Positions 1-10,600 of a stretch of DNA of 64,000 bases are shown piece after piece (within the stretch, counting starts at the first letter, position 1; every line of letters begins with the position of its first letter). The stretch spans positions 124,001 through 188,000 of the forward strand of contig NIVC01001611.1 of the NCBI GenBank assembly GCA_002269645.1. The letters run 5' to 3'. Source of the stretch: Macrostomum lignano. Taxonomy: Eukaryota. The notes below the pieces were generated by a model. It was not told where the DNA came from. It did not search any database and was given only the letters and a program-made list of their open reading frames with translations. The position numbers and the translations under genes are program-made.

Positions 1-816
1 TCGGAATCATCGGAAGCAGAGGCTCAAGCAGAGCAGAGTGAGGAGGAAGCGCCGGTTGCAGAGAACAGCAGCGACAATGAGTTTTCTTCTTCTATGGCTA
101 GCAAGAAGACCAAGCAGCAGAAGCAGAAGCAGTCAAAGTCTGAAACAAAGAAGTTGCAAAATGCTAAAAAGAAAGTTGCAGTGATTAGTGACGATAGCAG
201 TGGCGATGAGGGAGGCACTGCTCGCGTTAGGAATGGCAAAGGCAAAGCTCAGAAAGCCACTGGAGCCAATAAGCACAAGCGACGTCGGATTATGACTTTT
301 AGTAGCAGTAGCAGCAGCGGCAATGCCAGTAGCGACGAAGATCAACGGGATAACAATAATAAAAAAGCCAAGAAAAAAGTTGTGCTAGCGCCCGACACCC
401 CGTCGGCAGCCTCTGCCGGCGCTACTGGTGTTAGCGACTCTTCAACAAAGCAGAAAAAACCAGAAGACAAATCAGAAGCAGCAAAAGAACCAGACGGTCC
501 GCGAAGGCGCCGCGGTGTGCGCAACGTTGTCCGCACCTTTGTCAACGACGAAGGCTATCTGGTAACTGAGAATGTTGCTGAGCCATTCTCAGAAGAAGAC
601 AATGACAATAATAGCAATGAGGCTGAAGAGCAAAAGAAGACGGAATCTGCTTCTGTTTCTAAGAATCAGCCAGAAGAGGCGCTACCAGCTAAGGATCAAG
701 ACGGGCCTAAGAAGCGAGGAGGAGCCGCTGTGGCGTCTTCTGGGAAGCAGCGTCAAGGCAAAAAGTCTGGCGGTGGCAAGCAGACCTCGTTAACTTCGTT
801 CTTTACAAAGTCGTAA
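1..816 (+). CDS. POLD3: DNA polymerase delta subunit 3 (p66/Cdc27 family), terminal exon, 5'-partial
   Basis: Frame is open from base 1 to TAA at 814-816. Charged low-complexity linker, then RRRRGVRNVVRTFVNDEGYLVTE (Cdc27-family 'K/R..TF.DEEG..VT' motif) and a C-terminal PCNA PIP box KQTSLTSFF. AATAAA at 993-998. Confidence 0.88.
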   Translation, partial: SESSEAEAQAEQSEEEAPVAENSSDNEFSSSMASKKTKQQKQKQSKSETKKLQNAKKKVAVISDDSSGDEGGTARVRNGKGKAQKATGANKHKRRRIMTFSSSSSSGNASSDEDQRDNNNKKAKKKVVLAPDTPSAASAGATGVSDSSTKQKKPEDKSEAAKEPDGPRRRRGVRNVVRTFVNDEGYLVTENVAEPFSEEDNDNNSNEAEEQKKTESASVSKNQPEEALPAKDQDGPKKRGGAAVASSGKQRQGKKSGGGKQTSLTSFFTKS

Positions 817-1282
817 TCATTAGTTTGTGTGGCCACAGTAAAATTTTTGACAAGGATGCTTATAAAATTCGATGAAGTAAAGTATCTGGGCTTTAATGCA
901 TTTTTTTAATGTAAGAATTAGCTGGCATTTTTATTAATTAAATATTACCCTGTGCTTACCTGAAATCTTTAATAGGGTATATTTATTCCTTCAATAAATT
1001 TATTCTGTGCTACTAAAACTTGATACCTTAGCCATTAGCCAAATAAGTCCTTTGAGTAAGTAAATGATCTACTTACCTTTTTATAATTTGTATTGTTTAT
1101 TTTTCTAAATAAAAAATGCATACTGTTGGAATTCTCGCGCGCATTCGATCTACTATTTTTGTGTCCGTGCTTTTGCTTTGCTGATAGTACTACAGAATAT
1201 CCTGTAATCTACTACTAGGAAACCTCTATTCTATCCCTCGACAATTTTATTATCTACTCGTAATTTACCCATAGAAACCATC

Positions 1283-1563
1283 TAATCTACCCCTAGAAGA
1301 TGGTCTAATTTATCCCATGAATATCATCTAATCTACCCCTAGACTTTCATCTAATCTATTCCTAGACTTTCATCTAATCTACCCCCAGACTATCATCTAA
1401 TCTACCCCTAGACTATCATCTAATCTACCCCTAGACTATCATCTATTCTACCCCTAGACTTATAATCTAATCTACCCCTAGATAACCATCTATTCTACCC
1501 CTAGACTATCATCTAATCTACCCCTAGATAACCATCTATTCTACCCCTAGACTATCATCTAAT
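1283..1563. repeat. 23-bp minisatellite (ATCATCTAATCTACCCCTAGACT) upstream of the PRPF3 ATG
   Basis: About 12 tandem copies with period 23, ending ~45 bp before the AG at 1607-1608. Confidence 0.9.
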
Positions 1564-1614
1564 CAACATCTAGAATACTTTACTGCTGTATCTGTCCCGC
1601 ATCTTCAGTGAGTC

Positions 1615-4600
1615 ATGGCTCAAAGCGCAGCCCGAACAGGCAGTTGGCAGCAGCAATCCCAGGAGCAGCAGCAACAGCAGCAGCAACAGCAGCAGCAGCC
1701 GCAGAAGCCAATTGATGCGGCCACAGCGGCAGCGGCAGCCGTTGCAGCTGCCATTCAACGCAAGTCTGAGTTGCACGCTCAAATCCAAGCCAGACTGCAG
1801 TCGGCGGGACCTGTGCTCAACGTGCTCAGCAGTTCTACTGCTACTAGTAGCAGCAATGGAGCTGCAGCCAGCGGAGGCATCGTTCCGCCGCTGATGCCCG
1901 CTTCCAACTATTCAGCAGCCGCTGCCGCCGCCGTTGCAGGCGCTCCGAGATTCGTGCCAGCAGGTGCGACTCCGCCTGCAACGACAACGGCTGCGGCTCC
2001 TTCGACTTCGACTGCTGCCTCCGCATCGTCTGGTGAAGCTGCGTAAGGATTGTAGACTGATTCTTTGTTCCAGAATTTGCAATTGCACTGGCTCGATTTT
2101 GTCCACAGCTTATTATTGCCTTTTTTCCCCATTTCAGAAAAGTCAACGCCACGTGAGTTATAAAAAACTGGTTCTTGCTTTAATTTTTGCTTTGATTTAG
2201 TGATGAGATTGGAAAGGCAGGTGGTACAGAATGTACGGATGGGAAAGGCAGATGGTATAGAATGTATAGATGGGAAAGGCAGGTGGTACAGAATGTACGG
2301 ATGGGAAAGGCAGATGGTATAGAATGTACGGATGGGAAAGGCAGATGGTATAGAATGTATAGATGGGAAAGGCAGGTGGTACAGAATGTACGGATGGGAA
2401 AGGCAGATGGTATAGAATGTATAGATGGGAAAGGCAGATGGTATAGAATGTATAGATGGGAAAGGCAGATGGTATAGAATGTATAGATGGGAAAGGCAGG
2501 TGGTATGGAATGTATAGATGGGAAAGGCAGATGGTATAGAATGTATAGATGGGAAAGGCAGGTGGTATGGAATGTATAGATGGGAAAGGCAGATGGTATA
2601 GAATGTACGGATGGGAAATGCAGATGGTATAGAATGTATAGATGGGAAAGGCAGGTGGTACAGAATGTACGGATGGGAAAGGCAGATGGTATGGAATGTA
2701 TAGATGGGAAAGACAAATGGTATAGAATGTATAGATGGGAAAGGCAGATGGTATAGAATGTATAGATGGGAAAGGCAGATGGTACACAATGTATAGATGG
2801 GGAAGGCAGATGGTAAAGAATGTATAGATGGGAAAGACAGATGGTATAGAATGTATAGATGGGGAAGGCAGATGGTATAGAATGTATAGATGGGAAAGGC
2901 AGGTGGTATAGAATGTATAGATGGGAAATGCAGATGGTATAGAATGTATAGATGGGAAAGGCAGATGGTAAAGAATGTATAGATGGGGAAGGCAGATGGT
3001 AAAGAATGTATAGATGGGAAAGACAGATGGTATAGAATGTATAGATGGGAAAGGCAGATGGTACACAATGTATAGATGGGAAATGCAGATGGTATAGAAT
3101 GTATAGATGGGAAAGGCAGGTGGTATAGAATGTATAGATGGGAAATGCAGATGGTATGGAATGTATAGATGGGAAAGACAGGTGGTATAGAATGTATAGA
3201 TGGGAAAGGCAGGTGGTATAGAATGTATAGATGGGAAAGGCAGATGGTATAGTCAAAGAATGTAGAAAATGTAGCGATGTAGAAAATGTAGCGATGAAGT
3301 AGAACACTCGTACAACCCAGCGATCTTCCAGCCTCTCGTCGCCCTCATCTCCACAGGAACCTGATCATAGACTCGCAGGGTCGGACCATAGACAGGCTGA
3401 CTGGCGAGGAGGTTCAGCTCGGCCAGCACCGGCCCACTCTCAAGGTGAATTTGCGAGTGAAAAAGTCTGAGCAGTTTAAACAGGCAATGAAAAGTAACGA
3501 GGAGCCGAGCTCGGGACCTACCGGATTGGAGAGCAGCCAGTTTTACGACCCGAAGATTCCGTGAGTGAATTGTCGATTTACCTGGCTGTTTAGTTTGTGT
3601 ATTTGAAACTGTTTGAACTACTTATTAAACTAGTAATGATATTTGTTAAACATATCTAGACGAGAAACCATAACGACGGACCATTGGGCATGGTTCTGAT
3701 CTAGATATATTACCGACATCTGATAGAGACATGCATTAAATAAGAACTGCTTAATAGATATTTGATATAAATTTCCTAAGATACGCACCTTGTTGGAATT
3801 AAAGCCACCTAATAGAAATTAAACACAACTGATTGAGATTAGACACCTTATAGAGATTAGAAACACCTGATAGAGATTAGAAACACCTGATAGAGATTAG
3901 ACACACCTGATAGAGATTAGACACACCTGATTGAGATTAGACACACCTGATAAAGATTAGAAGACACACCTATAGAGATTAGACAAACCTGAATAGAAAT
4001 TAGAAGACACATTTGATATAGATTAGACACATACCTGATAGAGATTAAACACAACTGATAGAGATTAAACACCTGATTGAAATTATACACACCTGATAGA
4101 GATTAGACACACCTGATTGAGATTAGACACACCTGATAGATATTAGAAGACACATTTAATATAGATTAGATACACCTGATAAAGATTAGAAGACACACCT
4201 ATAGAGATTAGACAAACCTGAATAGAAATTAAAAGACACATATGATATAGATTAAACACACCTGATAGAGATTAGAAGACATACCTGAGAGATTAAACAC
4301 AACTGATAGAGATTAGACACCTGATTGAGATTATACACACCTGATAGAGATTAGACACACCTGATTGAGATTAGACACACCTGATTGAGATTAGACACAC
4401 CTGATATAGAATAGACAGACCTGATGGAGAATCGACACACCTGATGATTAGACACAAGTGATAGAGATTAGACGCACCTGATAGAGATTAGACAAGTGAT
4501 AGAGATTAGACTCAAGTGATAGAGATTAGACACAAGTGATAGAGATTGTTATGTTCTTGGCATTAAGCCACAGTAATCGGTGCTAGGCCGAGAATGAGTT

Positions 4601-7600
4601 AATATATTTGGTCGCTTGTTTGGGGTCGACATATAAACGGGGGCAGATGGTTTCGCACATAGACGAATATTCGCATACGCACACAACATCTCCCCTTTTA
4701 AGCAAAACAGTTTTACAGTTCTTTCTTCCTCATCTCCCCTTTTAAGCGTTAACTGGTTCACCCAACTTCCTGTAATGCAACTTGGGTGCCGGGACTCCCT
4801 TGTTCGACCGTTGACTTCGCCTTGGCTGTGCGGTCTTTGGCTTGTCCGGGGCGTCTTGTGCTTCACCTTCCTTCTGAGATGCACCAGTAGTAGAAAGCTG
4901 TTCTTGTGGTAGACATCGGCGGATGTACACACGATTGCGACGGAAAATTCGGCCGCTTACTAACTTGACCATGTAGTCCTGGTGCCGACCAACTTCTACT
5001 ACGACGCCCTTCTTGTCCCAAAGCTTTGTGACAGGGTTTTGAAGAACAACGTGACTGCCGACTCGGAGAGGTTCCAGTTGTCGCTTCGAGGCATTGTAGT
5101 GTTGATGAACTTTAGCGTGAATTTCTGCAGCTTTTTCCTCCATTTTCCAGACCTTGTCCTTCCATTCCTTTGCAAAACTTTTCCTATGCGCGGGCAGCGT
5201 GTCTCTGACTGTGTGTCCATAGACCATTACAGATGGAATTCTGCCATCGTACATGGGCGTGTTTCGCAGCTGCAGCAAACCCTGAGCCATCTTGTCTTTG
5301 TCCAAGTCATTCAAGCGACTGTCCCATGCTCCTCGAACGATCTTCTTTATACTTTTCACGGCAGCTTCTGCTCTTCCATTGCTTTGATGGTAATACGGAG
5401 ATGAGTATTTGATGTTCACACCCCAGCGACGTAAAAAATTAACGAACGGCTGTGCTTTAAATTGTGGCCCACAGTCTGCACAGAATTTCTCCGGTACAGC
5501 TGTTTGGCAAAAGAATTCGCGGCAAGCGTTTATCAGCTTGTATGTGGGTGCTCGATCACCGAAATGACAGAACGCTGGCCAGCCTGAGTATGCATCCACG
5601 AGCACAAGGAACTTCTTGCCGGCATGCTCGCAGAAATCTGCATGTATGTGTTGAAAACATCGATCCGGTTGGTCCTGGGTTGTCATCGGCTCCCTGATCT
5701 GCGATGGTAGATGTTCCCGACAGGACTGACACTGCTTGACTGTATTTTCAATGTCCCGATCGATGCCAGGCCAGTAGACGACCATCCTTGCTCTCTGCTT
5801 TGTCTTGTGCAGACCTTGGTGACTTGCGTGTAAGTCCGTCAAAATCTGCTTCCTCATTGCATGTGGTATGACGCAACGACATCCGCATAGAATGATGCCG
5901 TCGTCTACTGAGAGCTTGTCTCTTACATGCCAAAATGACCGAATGCAAAGAGGTAAGTTTGCCTTGTCATTGGGAAAGCCATCCCGAATATATTGCATCA
6001 GGTCTTGCAACTCCTGATCAGAAGCTGTGCTTTGTCGCACGCTTTGCAGAATAGGATCCAGCTCTGCTGATTCGAGGTGCATTAAGAGCTGATTGGTAAG
6101 TTGAAAATCTGCAGACTCGCCCAGTTCATCCTGTGCAGTCGGATTGTCCACTGGTGCTCGCGACAGAGCGTCTGCGTCAGCATTGTCCTTGCCTTTTACC
6201 CATCGCGCCTTGTATACGTAGCGGTTCAGTTTCGCTCGAAGACGCTGAATTCTGGGATTTTCTATTTGATCCAGCTGGTAACTGTTCAGGATTGGTATCA
6301 GCGGCTTGTGGTCGGTTACAATTTCAAACTCATGAAGCCCCTCAAGGAAGAGTCTGCACTTCTGAGTCGCCCAGACCACAGCTAACAGTTCCAACTCGAT
6401 CATGGCATAGCGTGACTCAGTCTCTGAAATGAATCTCGAGCCAGCTTGAACCACACGCCAGCTTCCATCGGTCTGCTGCTGTTTGAGCAAGAATCCGATT
6501 CCCTTAAGTCGAGATGCATCCGTGTGCAGGGCTGTTGGCTTGCGTTGGTCATAATAGGCCAGTGTAGGAGCAATTGCCAGGCGGCGACGGGCTTCTTCAA
6601 ATGCCGTTTGATGTTCGTCTCCCCATTGAAATAAATTCTTCTCGGACAGCAGCGGCCTTAACGAGGCTGTGACTTCTGCTATGTCTGACGTAAACGTGCC
6701 GACTTGGTTGACTAGGCCAAAGAACGCGCGTAGATCGGTAATATTGTTTGGAGTGGGAAATTTTCTGACCGCTTTCATAAGCTCCGGATCAATGCTGTAG
6801 CCATCAGCTGACAATCGAAATCCGGCAAAATCAATTTGAGTCTTGCAAAATGCAAACTTATTTTTATTTAATGCTACCCCATTGTCTTGACAGCGCTGCA
6901 GAAACTGACGAACCGCTTGTACGTGTGATTCCTCGCCAGAAGTTGCTATTAGACAGTCATCAACGACATGTCGAACTTCCTTGAGTCCTTGAAAAGTGTC
7001 GTCAAGTCTCTGGTTGTAATATTCAGAAATAGAGCTTATACCGAATGGTGCCATCCTAAACATATAACGACCAAACGGCGTGATGAACGTTGTCAGGTGC
7101 ATACTTTCTTTAGCCAGCGGTATTTGGTGGTACCCTTTCAAGGCGTCAACTACAGAAAAATACTTGGCGCGACTAGCATCTGTGCTTGCAACGACTTCCA
7201 ATGGCGTCTGAGACTGGTACCTTGATCGAATAACATATTTGTTTAATTCCCGAAAGTCGACGCACATCCGTATCCCATTGTCTTTCTTTGGAGCCACCAC
7301 TATCGGTGCACACCACTGCGTAGGAGCAGTGACTTTGCAGATTATCTCCTGAGCTTCCAACGAGTCCAGCTCAGCTTTAAGTCGCTCGTACAATGGGAAC
7401 GGTATCCTTCTTGGTGTCTTAATGGAGAAAGGTTGAGCGTCTTCACGAAGCTTGATCGAAAATGCTTCACCCTTCATTGGTCTTACTATCCCATCGAATA
7501 CAGCCGGGAATTCGCTGATTAGGTCTTCTGCTGTAGCAGTTCTTGTAGCGATCGAGTTGATTTGCTGTCGAGGAAAATTCCTGGGAATTATTCCCAAATC

Positions 7601-10600
7601 AACACATGCTCTCCATGACAAGACCGGTACCGTCAGGCGATCAAGAACGTAAATGTCTGTTGTGATCTTGGTCTCACCGATCGAGATGGAGTCGTGAAAC
7701 TTTCCTATTACTTTCATGCACTGTCCATTCGCGGCTGTTGGACCATCAGCGGCTTCTAAAATTCGTGGCCTCCTTGCCAGCTTTTGCATGTCTTCTACTC
7801 TGATAGCGGTTATATTTGAGCCAGTGTCGGGCATCATTGTTAGTGTGACACCTCCGATTTGTACATTCACTACGGGACAATCAGGTTGCAGCATGGCTAT
7901 TAGAGATTGAATGTTTCCTTTTCGCGACGATTCACTGGGTTTTTTGCTTAGTGTATTTTTCGAGCGGCACACTCTATCGAAGTGCCCTTTTTTGCCACAG
8001 CGACGACAAGTTTTGTCTCTGGCCGGACATGTCTCACCCGAGTGCTTTTGCTTACCGCAGTAGCCACACGATTGACTTTTGCTCGTCTGGGGTTGTCCTT
8101 TTAGGAATACCGGGTGCTTAGTCGTCCTGTACGCAGATATTTTTAGCGCATTCAGGCTCGCTGACTTGCAAATTTCGTCCCGCTGTTTGATAGACGCTTC
8201 TTCAGCTTGGCAAATGGTTACCGCTTCTGATAAGCTAAGCTTTGGCTCGGCTAATAGTCTTTTAACTGTGTCCGGGTTTCGTATTCCCAGGACAATTTTA
8301 TCTCTCAATAGATCGTCGGCATGCTGACAAAACGCACAAGTTCTCATGAGGTCTCGTAATTCCATCAAAAAATCAGAAAATGCTTCTCCCTCCTTCTGCT
8401 GCCGGGTCCAAAAGCGATTTCGCTCAACAATAATGTTTACTTGCCCGATTAGATGCGCACGGAGTGTCTGGATCACCTTCTCAGGATCCCGAAATTCAGC
8501 CTCTGTGAGGGGCAGATTCTTGTACTTGTTGTACGTGGTTGCAGAGAAAGAGTTGAGGATGCAAGCTCTGCGGTTTGCTCGCTTTTGCGCGGCCACTTCA
8601 TTGCTGTCGGCGTCGGACTTTTGCACTCCCATGGCTTCGAAGTATGCCTCGATGGTAGCTCTCCACGCGTCGAACTCGTCGACCGTGTCGGTGGCCAGGT
8701 CGAGGCGTGGTATCTGCAGGCCCGGCAAGCTGACTCTGCTTCCTGTGACCGCAGTACTGCTGTGCCCTCGAGATGGCGATATTGTCGGAGCCCTACTTGG
8801 AGATGGCGGTGCCATTCTAGCTGGTTCTGGACTGTCGGCAGATTCCGTATGTCCGAATGCAGTGTAGGATGCAACTTAAGAATCAGTGCATCAAAATCGC
8901 TGCTTGCGACGCCATGTTATGTTCTTGGCATTAAGCCACAGTAATCGGTGCTAGGCCGAGAATGAGTTAATATATTTGGTCGCTTGTTTGGGGTCGACAT
9001 ATAAACGGGGGCAGATGGTTTCGCACATAGACGAATATTCGCATACGCACACAACAGAGATTAGACACAAGTGATAGAGATTAGACACAAGTGATAGAGA
9101 TTAGACACAAGTGATAGAGATTAGACAAGTGATAGAGATTAGACACAAGTGATAGAGATTAGACAAGTGATAGAGATTAGACTCAAGTGATAGAGATTAG
9201 ACACAAGTGATAGAGATTAGACACAAGTGATAGAGATAAGAGACGCAGCTTGTCAGCATCCAGATCGCCAACCCCCATCCCCTCACTGCAGTCAAAAGCT
9301 GCCCAACCGTCAGTCCCGCCGCCAGCTGGCATTCCACGAGCCCGGCAAGTTCACCAAGCTGGCCGCCCGGATTCGCACCAAAGCGCAGCTCCGACGACTG
9401 CAGGAATCTGTAGAGGCCAAGGCCCGTCGGACTGGCATCGCCTGCGCCACTAAGCTGGCCGCTATCCAGTCGGCCAGCCGGACAGACGAAGTTGTGCCCA
9501 GCATCGAATGGTGGGACGCGCCCATATTGAAATCGGACGATTTAAGCTACTCAGTGCTGGATAGCGGCAAGCCTAATGTTGAACTGCTGCAGTCCGATTG
9601 GTTCACCAGGCTGGTGGAGCATCCGGTTCAGTTGAAGGCGCCCCAGTATCCGGAGAAGCCGCCGGAAATTAAACTGCAACTGACTAAAGAGGAGCAGAAG
9701 AAATTGCGCCGGCAGAATCGCGTTGAGATGCAGAAGGAGAGGCAGGAGAAACAGCGGCTTGGTCTGGTGCCAGCGCCTCAGCCGAAACTGAGGATGACTA
9801 ACTTGATGAGGGTAAGCGGTGCTTGGCCTGTGCTGCTTCTGAATCCGCTCTGTCTGAAATCCGCCCCTTCTCTAAATATCCGCTCTGTCTGAAATCCGCC
9901 CCTTCCCCAAATATCCGCTCTGTCTGAAATCTGCCCCTTCCCCAAATATCCGCTCATCTGAAATCCGCCCCTTCCAAATATCCGCTCTTCTGAAATCCGC
10001 CCCTTTTAAATATCCGCTCATCTGAAATCCGCCCCTTTGAAATATCCGCTCATCTGAAATCCGCCCCTTTGAAATATCCGCTCTTCTGAAATCCGCCCCC
10101 TTTCAAATATCCGCTCTTCTGAAATCCGCCCCTTCCCCAAATATCCGCTCATCTGAAATCCGCCCCTTTCAAATATCCTATCTCTCTGAAATCCGCCCCC
10201 TTTCAAATATCCTATCTCTCTGAAATCCGCCCCCTTTCAAATATCCGCTCTTCTGAAATCCGCCCCTTCCCCAAATATCCGCTCATCTGAAATCCGCCCC
10301 TTCCCCAAATATCCGCTCATCTGAAATCCGCCCCTTCCCCAAATATCCGCTCATCTGAAATCCGCCCCCTTTCAAATATCCGCTCTTCTGAAATCCGCCC
10401 CCTTTTAAATATCCGCTCTTCTGAAATCCGCCCCTTCCCCAAATATCCGCTCATCTGAAATCCGCCCCTTCCCCAAATATCCGCTCATCTGAAATCCGCC
10501 CCCTTTCAAATATCCTATCTCTCTGAAATCCGCCCCCTTTCAAATATCCGCTCTTCTGAAATCCGCCCCTTCCCCAAATATCCGCTCATCTGAAATCCGC

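Larger units (their letters stand above)
4547..9056 (-). mobile_element. Full-length Ty3/Gypsy LTR retrotransposon (Mag-like), 4510 bp, antisense in PRPF3 intron 3
   Basis: Two 142-bp TG...CA LTRs (4547-4688, 8915-9056) with no difference seen by eye, 5-bp TSD GAGAT (4542-4546, 9057-9061), PBS abutting the 5' LTR, PPT abutting the 3' LTR, single intact gag-pol ORF. Confidence 0.97.
3810..9240. repeat. ~20-bp minisatellite (GATAGAGATTAGACACACCT / ...ACAAGT) in PRPF3 intron 3, split by the LTR element
   Basis: Array at ~3810-4546 resumes at 9057-9240 with the same unit. Confidence 0.9.

Noticed and set aside
1908-3307. Long minus-strand ORFs (289-386 aa)
   Set aside because: Translations of the 31-bp intronic array; open in several frames, no domain.
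4982-8944. Plus-strand ORFs over the retrotransposon
   Set aside because: Antisense shadows of gag-pol.
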